Source of the DNA: Selaginella moellendorffii
Lineage: Eukaryota; Plantae; Lycopodiophyta
Reading direction: 5' to 3'
DNA length: 64,000 bases
Assembly: GCF_000143415.4 (NCBI RefSeq)
Contig: NW_003314269.1
Coordinates: 3,031,060-3,095,059, forward strand
Shown: positions 52,400 through 64,000 of the stretch, piece after piece
Layout of the letters: the number at the start of each line of letters is the position of its first letter
Position numbering within the stretch: the first letter of the stretch is position 1
Notes under the pieces: generated by a model
Databases searched by the model: none
Seen by the model: the letters and a program-made list of their open reading frames with translations, nothing else
Told to the model about the DNA's origin: nothing
Position numbers and translations under genes: made by a program

Positions 52400-54900
52400 A
52401 TGGAAAACAATTAAAATTCTTTGGTTGGTGGCCAACATTTAGACAGAGGCATTGGTGGATCTGTAGGAAGTGCCATTTAGTTTTGACTCTTTTGTACAAA
52501 GTTATAATTTTTAGAGGATCAACTTAATGAATATTATATCGAACTTCATAAACTTGCAATCTAACTTACTGTAATACTTAATATAGTCCTTTCTATTGAG
52601 GAAAGATTAAATAAACCATATACTATAAAATTATAGAAACAAACTAACATCATATCATCCACTTTATACTCTATAGATGGATGATGATGTAGTGTTATTA
52701 TTTTCCCACTTGTACACTACCTTAATGTTCAATAAACTCCACTCGAACCAATGGAAGTATATTTGTCAAATATTAATCCTAGGATGTAGCATCAGTAATT
52801 TGTAACAATTATGAAGGTAAATTTAATTTTGTTGGTAATATCAAATCATGACTATATAAAGTTTTATATAGTGAAGCAATAACAAAACTCTATACCCTTA
52901 TAACATATGCTATGAAATAACCATTTTAATTTGAATGCTAAAAGTTCATATACTTTGCAATTATCCTTTTAAAGGTTCAAACAAGATATTCCACCAAAAT
53001 ATCCATATGTGAATGATAAAAATTTGTCAAAATGTGGTGTATCCCCAATTGAGACATCAAAACATGAAATGCCTTAACCAAATATAAAATCATTATTCAA
53101 AAGAATCCACTTAAGACAAGAATGTTGAAACATCACTCAATTGAGAAAGAAATATCCAACAACAGTTGCAAATGTACTAGTAAGAGCATTGATTTTTACC
53201 TAATAAATTAAGTAGTTAGAGGTAATAATAACATATTTATTGCTAGCAATTGACCGTGGAAAAGGCCCAATTAAATCAAATGTAATCAATTAATTTCAAC
53301 CATCCTTCTATAGCATGAGGGGGAGTATTATGAACTTGCCACTAAACATAGTTGTGCATATGCCAAATAACATCACATCACATTTCCACTTAATAGAAAG
53401 ACTTATGCAACTTTTTAGTCATACAATAATGTCCTAGGTACCCACATAAAATAGAAGAGTCATGGTAAACATAAAGAAAATATGAAATAAAAAATGAAGA
53501 CACCATCAACCCTCATCCTCACAAAGTATAAAATGTCATCTTCAATATGATATTGAGAATGTAAATATCAAAATCGCAATTCATCAGTAAGTGATATAAG
53601 ATTCTTAAACCCATCATAAAGGCTTCGGATTTACAACTCAACTTTTTGAGTTATATGAACACTGTTAAGAGAATCTCCAAACCTTATAGATATTGAATAT
53701 CAAGTACAATAACCACTGATAACATGGAATCCTCATCTAAAAAATTCATTAATACTAAAATAATAGGTTTATCAAGAATACAAGAAAAGATCAAAAGGAG
53801 AGAGAAGCTAAGAAAAAGATGTTAACATCAAGCATAAAACTTTTTGAGTAATGCACAATCTCAAAATTATATATTTGAAACTTTAGAGTCTATCAAACAA
53901 TATGACCAAGTAAGTTTCTCACTTCAATAATGAAATAACCGCAATATGATTAATTTTTAGTAATGTTTGAAAACTATTCACATGAAACTTGTCAAAACCC
54001 TAAACTATTACTAGACACTCCTTTATCATGGAGTAATTCACTTCTACTAGGTGCAATATACATATGATGTATGTAATAGGATAATGCTAATTAGGCACAC
54101 TCATGTTTTCTTGCATCATATCTCTAAAATTAATACCAAAAGCATTCATGCACAAAATAAAAGGTTAGATGTAGTTAGGATACGGCAAAATTGGAAAAAT
54201 TGTTAACAACTCATTAAAATCTAGAAATGCTTGAACACAATTCTTAAATTAGATGAAAGATGATGTTGACGACTTTAATAACACTTGCAATAATGCAATA
54301 TGATTAAAAAGATGATCAACAAAACAATCAAGATATTTTACTTTGCCAAAGAAGCATTATATATTGTTCACATATTTTAGAGTAGGAAACTTCAAAACAA
54401 CCATAAGTTTGTTAAAATCACTTGTAGATATCATGAACATGCTCCTCTTATGTACTTTCTAAGTGGATTAAGATATTATTAATGAAGTCATTAGTCACTC
54501 CAGGCATATCACAAAAAATGTTGTCCATCAAAGCAATTTTGGGGAATATCCTCCTTAGTCATCAACACTAGCCTATACCCAAATGTAATGTTTAATTTGG
54601 TGAATTTACAATTGCCACCCAAAAATCAACAATATAAGGAAGTAGGTACACATCTAGGATTGTCACATTATTTAACAAATGCTAGTTGATTTATAATCAA
54701 ATACTTCTATCATACTTCATCACAAAATTAACTTCATATGCCTAAGGATTTTGAGACTTTTTAATAATAACTTTTTTTAACATTTCCTTGATATTTATAT
54801 AAAATTTTAATCTCCTTTGATGGCCAAATGCCAAATAAGAATCTTTGATTGGACAAACACAACAGTTAAAATAAAATGACGAGTTGCAATCTTGGCCCCA
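52400..54900 (-). mobile_element. Highly degenerate Ty3/gypsy pol relic (RT then integrase); boundaries approximate
   Basis: Minus-strand translations with stops: LNNVTILDVYLLPYIVD and FTKLNITFGYRLVLMTKEDIP (RT, about 54550-54680); KSFY*VEM*CDVIWHMHNYV*WQ (integrase zinc finger); ITFDLIGPFPRSIASNKYVII...HSCLKWILLNND (integrase core, about 53090-53285). AT-rich, C-depleted. Confidence 0.75.
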
Positions 54901-55369
54901 AATGATAGGTCAATTTTTAAGATATTAGCATATTCCTTCTTGAGCTGATCAACTACTAAAGCCTATCTAGGGGATCTAGAGAAAGAATAGAAAAATAAGA
55001 AGGAAACACAATAAAAAGTAATGAGGAGACAAAAGTGATAAAAGTAAAGGTACAAAAAAAGAGATAAAGTGAAACAAAAGTAAGAGGAATAAAAGAACGA
55101 TAAGGATGTCTGAAAGAAGGGGGAGAAACTTTAAAGTTATATTTGGCATGATTGTGATACAACTAATTTATACTAAGGATAAAGTCAAAAGATTGACTCA
55201 ACATCACCCACAATTATTGAAACTCAAATTTAAGACCATAGATATACATAACTAAGTTTGCCTTATCCCATATATATAGTCTCTCTAGATAAACTAGAAG
55301 TTTGTTAGTGTGAAGAAAAGGGTTAACATCTGGGATAACCACTTTTGCTATAGAAAATGAAGACTACTT

Positions 55370-57522
55370 TATAAGTGACTAAATTTTTCCATTCTACTTT
55401 AGTCACTTAACCGCACCTCCGACCATTTGGAAGAGTCTCATTCACAACCTCCATAAATCCCCCTCAGGACTTGGGGCTTGCTAGCCCCGAGAATAGCATC
55501 CATGCCACTTAACCATTGCACTTGGTCCAAGTGCTCCACGTGTCCGGTCCCATGACTGACACCCCAAGGTACAACCGACATATCAACCCATTACACTAAG
55601 GCCATGCCCATTCACCTTGGTCACATCGGTGGTTTGATACCACCTACATCATAGTCCCATCTCTCAAAGATTGGGCCATCCATCTATGAGTAATCATCCT
55701 AGATCCACTCCTTAGCATCCTTAGGATGCCCATGGACATGGGGAATAACTTTCCCCAATATCCCCTTTCCGGTCCCCACCAAGTCCCTTTTTGCCCATGG
55801 CCGTGTTTGCCAACACTGCCACTAGATTGAGGCCCACAGGCCCAACCACTAAGTCCCACGGTCCTTTGGGACTTCCTCCTCACATGACCGTATCCTTGGT
55901 CTCTACATTATAGGACGGCTCCTCTTCCTTTTCACAGTCTGGGACTTTGGGGCAACATTTCGGAACACCGTGGCCTTACGCGAGCCTCTTGGGTACTCTC
56001 CCCGCCTTCTGCCTTTGGGAGCTCTAGCCATGGGCTTAGAGCGAGGTTCCGTTGAGCCACACCTGGTATCCAAGTAGGTAGTGCCACCCACACTTGGACT
56101 GAGAGCATCGGCCAGTCGATCTCCCGGGGGAACTAGAGCCGGCTCTTGAACACTTCACCAAGCTATCCTGCTTGTCGGTCTATGTTCACTCTAGTCTTGG
56201 ACTTGCCAGTGGGCAGCTCATCACCCAACACTGGGCACAACCTTCCTAGGCCAAACTGGCTCCACTGCAATCCTCCCCCCACTATACTTTTGGAGCTCAT
56301 CAAACCCCCCAGGGTCTGGGAGACAAACGCTTTGGGCTTTCACCCTCTCAGACTCGAACTCGGACTCAAACTCGGACTCGGACTCAAACTCGGACTCAGA
56401 CTCGAACTCGGACTTGGACTCAAGCTCGGGCTCGGTCTCGAGCTCAGTCTCAGTCTCGGTCCCGGTCCCGGTTCTCGGTCCCGGTCCCGGTCTCAATCCC
56501 GGTCCCGGTCTCGGTCCCGGTCTCAATCCCGGTCCCGGTCTCGGTCCCGGTCCCGGTCCCGGTCTCGGTCCCAGTCCCGGTCTCAGTCCCGGTCTCGGTC
56601 TCGACCTTGGACTCCATCTCGGGTCCTTCTCGGACTCCATCTCGGATTCCATCTCGGACTCCATCTCGGACTCCATCTCGGGTCCATCTCGGACTCCATC
56701 TCGGATTCCATCTCAGGTCCATCTCGGACTCCACCTCGGACTCCATCTCGGGTCGATCTCGGACTCCATCTCGGACTCCATCTCGAACTCCATCTTGGAC
56801 TCCATCTCGGGTCCATCTCGGACTCTATCTCGGACTCCATCTCGGGTCCTTCTTGGACTCCATCTCGGATTCCATCTCAGACTCCATCTCGGACTCCATC
56901 TCGGGTCCATCTCGGACTCCATCTCGGATTCCATCTCAGGTCCATCTCGGACTTCACCTCGGACTCCATCTCGGGTCGATCTCGGACTCCATCTCGGACT
57001 CCATCTCGAACTCCATCTTGGACTCCATCTCGGGTCCATCTCGGACTCCATCTCGGGTCCATCTCGGACTCCATCTCGGACTCCATCTTGGGTCCATCTC
57101 GGACTCCATCTCGAATTCCATCTCAGGTCCATCTCGAACTCCACCTCGGACTCCATCTCAAGTCCATCTTGGACTCCATCTCGGACTCCATCTTGGACTC
57201 TATCTCAGACTCCATCTCGGGTCTATCTCGGGTCCATCTCGGACTCCATCTCAGACTCCATCTCGGACTCCATCTCGGATCCATCTCGGACACTTCCACG
57301 TGTCATGTGTTGGTCCTTTTGGGTCCCTTTTTGGAGCCTCGCTTATTGCTCGCTTCATGCTTGTTCTTTGAGCACTTTGTTGGGAGTTCCACTCCCGCTC
57401 TCGACCTTTCAAGTTGAAGCTTTTAATCCAAACGTGTTACGCTCGTTTGGTTTTCGCTTCTACCATTACCACATGGCACCCTTCCGGCTCCACTTTGGGG
57501 CCTAGGGATTTTGTGTCTCACA
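55370..57522 (-). repeat. 3' LTR (2153 bp)
   Basis: About 93% identical to 61560-63368 over the first 240 bp compared by hand (17 differences, 15 transitions). Confidence 0.88.
56350..57291. repeat. Minisatellite in the LTR: 6-bp GGACTC/GGTCCC/GGTCTC units grading into 12-bp GGACTCCATCTC and 11-bp GGGTCCATCTC units
   Basis: Read directly from the sequence. Confidence 0.95.
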
Positions 57523-60500
57523 ACTCCACCACCCAAAGACGAAGTTCAATGTCTTTATCGAACGATGAACCATTTTATAAAGTAATACCACATGTATTAC
57601 CCTTCCCATCTTTGGCACCTAGCCAATATTTGTCTATGGTTTGACACCAAAGGCTCACCATGCCTTATCTATCTTCTAAAGGGCATAGCCTCTCCAACTT
57701 AGAGGCTCATTCGACCACTTGTGGTGGTTCTCTCCTTTTATTGGTTTAGTTCTCATTAAACCTGTTAGAGACACCTTCTTTAACTCAACCCACTACTCAT
57801 TCTCGAGTGGTTTCACTTTCCATCGATATAACCCTTGCCCTTTGGAACTTTTAATTCTGACTTCTCAAAGTCAATTTCCTGGGTGTCTCCAACACCTTGC
57901 ATTGCACACATTGTGCAACTCCACTTCCCCATCCTAGGAAGTTCTCTACTTGAGGGCAATATCATCCTGTTTTCGATTTCGTGCTACCTTTGGCACTAAG
58001 TTTCAGTTATCATAATTTGTGTTAAAGCTGTCCACAGCCTTATCATTTGGCTACCTTACCGCTCCCACCCTTGGAGCTTCTACTTTCGCCACATTGGAGC
58101 AATTGGGAATCCATCCTTGGGAACACATTGCCTTTCCCACAATCCGTTAGCACCCAACACTTTAGTGTTCTTGGCTTAACTTTGTCATTTGGATTCTTTC
58201 CCATGATTCCCATGGCTCTTTACTTAGCCATTAGTCTTTTGCTCCTATCCTTGATTGTTGCACCCAGCAACATAGGATCGCTACCTCCATTTTCAAGGTA
58301 TTCTTTCGGTTTCATAGCAAAGACTTTCGTTTGCCAAGTCTGGAGGGTGTTCACCCCTAGTACATCTCTTTAGCATCTTCTACTGTGGGCTCTATCCACG
58401 GCCCAATTTTGACCCTCCCATGGGTCTTTTATAGAGATTACTTTCCTTGGACTCACTATACCATCGTATTGACATATCTCATTTCCCTTAGGTGTCCTTC
58501 TCACTTGGTCACCTTGACCAAGCCACACCATCATCAATAGTTCCAATCAACACTTTGAACTTGGAACTTTATCCCTTAACCTCACAAGGATGTTGTCCTT
58601 GTTTTGGCTATAAGATCACCTAGTGATCTAACCTTGGCACCTTAACAGGTTTGCCAATAGATACTAGGTCTTCTAGACCTTTAAGTTGTTGACCATGACC
58701 CTAGGGGCATCCCCCACACTTGGCGGTGCACCCAAGCCAGCCCTTCGAGCTAAGGGTCCATAGCAACTGAGACTGGGTGTCCCCATCTCATTCACCACGT
58801 CCTTGGTGCCACTTGCACCAAAGTGTTCAAATTAGATATGCCAAGCCACACTAAGCAATCTAACCGTGCATCACGACTCCGAGGCATCCCTCGCTTGGCG
58901 GTGTGCCCAAACCAACCTCTTCACTAAGAGTCCATAACCACCGAAAAATGAGTGTCCTCATATTCCAAACCATCACCACGCCCTAGTGATTTGGGATTCG
59001 AACCCAAGCACTAGAGGGTCGGGACTTGAACCCAACCTCCGTATATGCATCTACGGATGGCATCACTCAGGATGCCTGGCGTGACTCCCCACGCCGGTGC
59101 ACCAACATGTACTTAGAGTGCGCTATAGATCACAGCTTAGGAACTTAGTTCCTCCGAACTGCCAAGTCCTTTTGCTTGACAAGTCTGTGATTATGCATGG
59201 ACTCTTTTATGCTCGGCCCCATGGGCCACCCCTTTTGAAGTTAGCACCTTCAACTAGGGGATTTGTTCCCCTGACTCGCCAATCTCGCTTAGCAAGTCAT
59301 CTGGCCACTGTATCATGGTTCATGCATAAACGTAAAAGTCCTCAACCATCGACTTTCATTCAAAGCCCTCTCTTTGAACACTTGGGAACTACTTTCCCAA
59401 CCTTGATAGCCTCGCCTCATGGCCAGCTTCAAGATCACGCTTTTGTTACACCACTCTGATTTCGCGCATTCTAGGAACCATTTACACTTGGCTTTCTAGG
59501 TATTTATCCACCTAGAATTGTCTTTGGGAGCCTTCAAGGAACTCTGTTCCTTAGCTTGCAAAGGCTTCACTTTCACAAGCTCTCTACTCACCATATGGTC
59601 TAACATAGATAATTCCACATTTTAGACTTTCCATGGCATTGCGGTAGCTAGTAGTAACATCTTTGAGCACCATCTTAATTCTCCACTCCCAACTTGCATA
59701 ACCACCGTTGGTTATACCCTTCGATTCTTATGGTTCCGTTCCATCCCTATACTACTTGCCTTTTGGCCCCATATGTTTCCTTTGGTTATTCTCCTCAAAA
59801 CTAGGAGGATAGTTTTGCATATTTTACCATGCTTTAGCAAATATTCATAGGGATGAACCTACCCGATAGCTTAGGGAGTGGTTCCTCAATCTAGGCATGC
59901 TCACCTTATAATCCCACACACCGGGATTACCGTTGTTACTTATGGGCCTCCATATGCCCATCACTAGCCTCGCCAAAATCCCATTTTTGGCTTTGTCCAA
60001 ATCAGGTAAACAGATTCCTCCCGTCTCCACAACCTTGGACGTTTGGATGGCATCTTCTATCCATCATTTGCTAGGGACTTACTCCCTTGGGCTTTATCTA
60101 TTGCCCTCGCGACACTAAACACCACCTCCTAGTGTTCCAGAGTGTTTAGGTGTCCCAATGATGGTCTCCTTGACAATGAGTATTTCCTTTTTTAACATTG
60201 ACTCACTATATCGCAACATAAGCAATTTATCCCCCGTAAGGGTATATCTAACTTCTTTATGCCATTAAGAAGTCTTGGGTAGCTACCTTCTACTTGTTTA
60301 ATCAATTATCTTGCACCTCTTGCTTAGTTGCCCCATAGTTGTCAAGTCCTACAACTCATTACTTGGTGCTTCCACACCTTCATCATTATCTGGGTCACTA
60401 CACTCCAACCATATGCCTTCCAGCTTAGGCTATGCCATTCCCTTGGCAAGGGGTTCCCATGAACCCATCAACATAACCTCAAGGTATCTCACTTTGGCAC

Positions 60501-61559
60501 CTTTGGTGTCTCCACACCAACGGCTCCACGAGTCTACCTTTATAACACTTCTTACTTGTGTCTAGGTCTTTGCCAAGGCCAAAGCAATTGTTTTTCATTC
60601 CAACTATCCATTAGCACTGCACCATAGTGTTCACACACAACTCTATGCCAAAGTTGCTTTCTTTTTAGGGAACATCTTTCCCACGACTTTAACATGGCAC
60701 ATTCTACCATCGATGAGATACCCTCTATTCTCATATTTGGATCCTATGATCCCCCCCATCCTTCATGGGGTACAACCCCCTCAGTCCAAATGCTTCCATC
60801 AATCCGAGGATTATTCCTTGACTCTATTGGAGTCAATCAACTTTTTGGACTTTGCTAATCCGACGACCTATGAGGTTCTACTTTTGAGGTGCTAGCTCAC
60901 TAGAATACAACTCCTTGTATTCATATCCTACTCACAAGGACCATCTTTGTAAGTGTTACTCCGACACTTGATTTGTTCTCTAGGGGAAACCTTTTGCCCC
61001 TTATGACCACTTGTCCATGTGATGAGAATACCAACTCATCCTCTAAGTACACCCCTAACTCCTTGGGTTGTTCTAGCATTTATTAAAGGTAGCCCTGGCT
61101 ACCATTTCAAGGACTTGTGTCCTCTTTCGTATTTGACCTCCCATGGTCATCAATTCCAGTCTCAAATTCATGAACACTAGCCTCAACCACATGAGGATAA
61201 TCTTGTAACTCCTTTATTGTTTTGGAGTATCTATCTTTCCCGTGATCCCAAATATAGTTGTTTACCACAACTACCTTAGCCAGTTTGCTGAGTCAACGGC
61301 TCATCCGGATCACATCCTCAACTCTCTGAGGGAAACTTTATACTGCTCCCAAGATCCCAAAGTCTTTCCCTTACTGGCCCTTTTTTATCCACCACATCAC
61401 GCCCAAGTTCACGCATGAACTTGAGGGGAGAAATATGTCCTCTCGACATGCTACTCCTCAAGGATAGGCCCACTCCTAAGACCTTCCAATGCCAACATCA
61501 ATGATGATATACTTGAGCACCAATAAAAGTCGGACTAAGGAACAGCTTCGATATCAAAT

Positions 61560-63368
61560 TGTAAGCGACTAAATTTTTCCATTCTACTTTAGTCACTTAA
61601 CCACACCTCTGACCATTTGGAAGAGTCTCATTCACAACCTCCATAAGTCCCCCTCAGGACTTAGGGCTTGCTAGCCCCAAAAATGGCATCCATGCCACTT
61701 AACCATTGCACTTGGTCCAAGTGCTCCATGTGTCCTGTCCCATAACCAACATCCCAAGGTACCACCGACATATCAGCCCGTTACGCTAAGGCCATGCCCA
61801 TTCACCTTGGTCACATCGGTGGTCTAATACCACCTACATCACAGTCCCGTCTCTCAAAGACTGGGCCATCCATCCATGAGTGATCATCCTAGATCCACTC
61901 CTTAGCATCCTTAGGATGCCCATGGACATGGGGAATAACCTTCCCCAATATCCCCTTTCTGGTCCCCACCAAGTCCCTTTCTGCCGATGGCCGTGTTTGC
62001 CAACACTGCCACTGGATCAAGGCCCACAGGCCCAACCACTAAGTCCCACAGTCCTCTGGGACTTCCTCCTCACATAACCGTATCCTTGGTCTCTGACTCC
62101 TCTTCCTTTTCACAGTCTGGGACTTTGGGGCAACATTTCGGAACACCGTGGCCTTACGCGAGCCTTTTGGGTACTCTTCCCACCTTCTACCTTTGGGTGC
62201 TCTAGCCATGGGCTTAGAGCAAGGTTCCGTTGAGCCACGCTTGGTATCCAAGTAGGTAGTGCCACCCACACTTGGACTGAGAGCATTGGCCAATCGATCT
62301 CCCGGGGGAACTAGAGCCGGCTCTTGAACACTTCACTAAGCTACCCCGCTTGTCGGTCTATGCTCACTCTAGTCTTGGACTTCCCAGTGGGCAACTCATC
62401 ACCCAACACTGGGTACACCCTTCCTAGGCCAAACTGGCCTTTCCTGGCCAAACTAGCTCCACTACAGTCCTCCCCCACTATACTTTTGGAGCTCACCAAA
62501 CCCCCCAGGGTCTGGGAGACGAACGCTTTGGGCTTTCACCCTCTCAGACGTGAACTTGGACTCGGACTCGAACTCAAACTCGGACTCGAACTCGGGCTCG
62601 GGCTCGGTCTCAGCCTCGGCCTCGGTCCCGGTCTCAGCCTCGGCCTCGGTCTCGGTCTCGGTCCCGTCTCAGTCTCAGTCTCGGTCTCGGTCTTGGTCCC
62701 GGTGTCGGTCTCGGTCCCGGTCTCGGTCTCGACCTCGGACTCCATCTTGGGTCCTTCTCGGACTCCATCTCGGATTCCATCTTGGACTCCATCTCGGACT
62801 CCATCTCGGGTCCATCTCGGACTCCATCTCGGATTCCATCTCAGATCCATCTCGGACTCCACCTCGGACTCCATCTCGGGTCGATCTCGGACTCCATCTC
62901 GGACTCCATCTTGGACTCCATCTCGAACTCCATCTCGGGTCCATCTCGGATTCCATCTCAGATTCCATCTTAAGTCTATCTCGGACTCCACCTCAGACTC
63001 CATCTTGGGTCCATCTCGGACTCCATCTCGGACTCTATCTCGGACTCCATCTCGGGTCCATCTCAGGTCCATTTCGGACTCCATCTCAGGTCCATCTCGG
63101 ACTCCATCTCGGACTCCATCTTGGGTCCATCTTGGACACTTTCACATGTCATATGTTGGTCCTTTTGGGTCCTTTTTTGGAGCCTCACTTGTTGCTCGTT
63201 TCATGCTTGTTCTTTGAGCACTTCGTTGGGAGTTCCACTCCCGCTCTTGACCTTTCAAGTCGAAACTTTTAATCCAAACGTGTTATGCTCGTTTGGTTTT
63301 CGCTTCTGCTATTACCACATGGCACCCTTCCGGCTCCACTTTGGGGCCTAGGGATTTTGTGTCTCACA
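61560..63368 (-). repeat. 5' LTR (1809 bp)
   Basis: TGTAAG...CTCACA; adjacent to the PBS. Confidence 0.88.
62552..63137. repeat. Shorter version of the same LTR minisatellite
   Basis: Same 6/12/11-bp units, about 350 bp shorter than in the other LTR. Confidence 0.95.
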
Positions 63369-64000
63369 TAGTTCTACTGCACAATATAACTTTAAATGAC
63401 AACATGTGGCAATTGGCCAAGTGATAGGATATAAACATAAACTTTTATTAACCAACAAAAAAAAAGATAATATAAAATCTTTTATTATAAAAAATGAGTT
63501 TAGAAAGTAAATACTAGATGAACTAGTGTCGAGTGAACCCTTGATGGTACTCCCAAAAAAAAAAGGAAGGGGTTATTAACTTATTCATGTGAGAACCTTT
63601 CACTACTCACATAACTTGTCATTTCTGAAAGAATCGTTATGTTAATACTTTTCACTACAGTAGTATCAATAAGACGTTGTTTACTCTAAAGCCTCCACTT
63701 AGGAAATGGAGGATGTTAATCTAGAAGACATTGATAACACCAATATATGTGGCCAACCTCATCACATGTTCAGTATCATGGCTATAACCATGTCCTCACT
63801 TTGTCTTTGGACATGAGCAAACTTTGTACCAGCCAAAGAGTGTCGTCAAAGGAATTGGGGCAAGTGCATACATAAATCTTAAAAGATCATAATGAAGCAC
63901 TAGTCACAATATTTCTAACTTAATCTGCTTTAATATATTTGGCTCTGTATGAAGCAAGAAGCTTCAAAAGAAAACACCAAATTGCATAATTGACTCATAT

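Larger units (their letters stand above)
55370..63368 (-). mobile_element. Non-autonomous LTR retroelement (LARD-like), about 8.0 kb
   Basis: Direct repeats 55370-57522 and 61560-63368 with TG...CA ends (left copy TA...CA); imperfect 5-bp target-site duplication TACTT/TAGTT; degenerate tRNA-Met PBS TGATATCGAAGC next to 61559 and purine tract GGGTGGTGGAG next to 57523, both on the minus strand. The 4-kb interior has no intact gag/pol ORF. Confidence 0.85.

Noticed and set aside
56600-57291. CRISPR-like regular repeats
   Set aside because: No unique spacers, no cas genes, eukaryotic context; a tandem minisatellite.
56146-57505. Long ORFs (423, 363, 254 aa and antisense) rich in SISD/RTPS/LGLH/MESE; similar ORFs at 62324-63272
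   Set aside because: Artefacts of a stop-free minisatellite that is open in all frames inside non-coding LTRs.
59845-60030. GGICLPDL...ILARL..IWR resembling a LINE RT C-terminal motif
   Set aside because: A single weak motif with no flanking RT signatures I could find.

Overview
Gene-dense land-plant nuclear DNA with very short introns (about 50-70 nt). The intron sizes, gene density and SS-motif-rich PLS PPR genes suggest the lycophyte Selaginella; this is an inference. 1-30 kb holds tightly packed, mostly multi-exon genes: a NUB1-like gene (partial), MYCBP/AMY-1, an SMN-like gene, starch branching enzyme II, a hidden 5-exon 78-aa orphan gene, RIC1, a kinase-less MUT9-like (MLK/PPK) C-terminal-domain gene, a WRC-domain gene, two PLS PPR genes, a small PKRG-motif peptide and a 4CxxC glutaredoxin-like gene. 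29-52 kb is an amplified locus: four intact RING-H2 genes each run tail-to-tail into an inverted, decayed copy of the intact ABCC (MRP5-like) transporter at 46.7-51.8 kb. A fifth inverted copy lies head-to-head with that gene, and a clavaminate-synthase-like fragment sits between the copies. 52-64 kb contains an old Ty3/gypsy pol relic and an 8-kb non-autonomous LTR element whose LTRs carry an expanding 12/11-bp minisatellite. Exon structures were read by hand and need confirming with RNA-seq.
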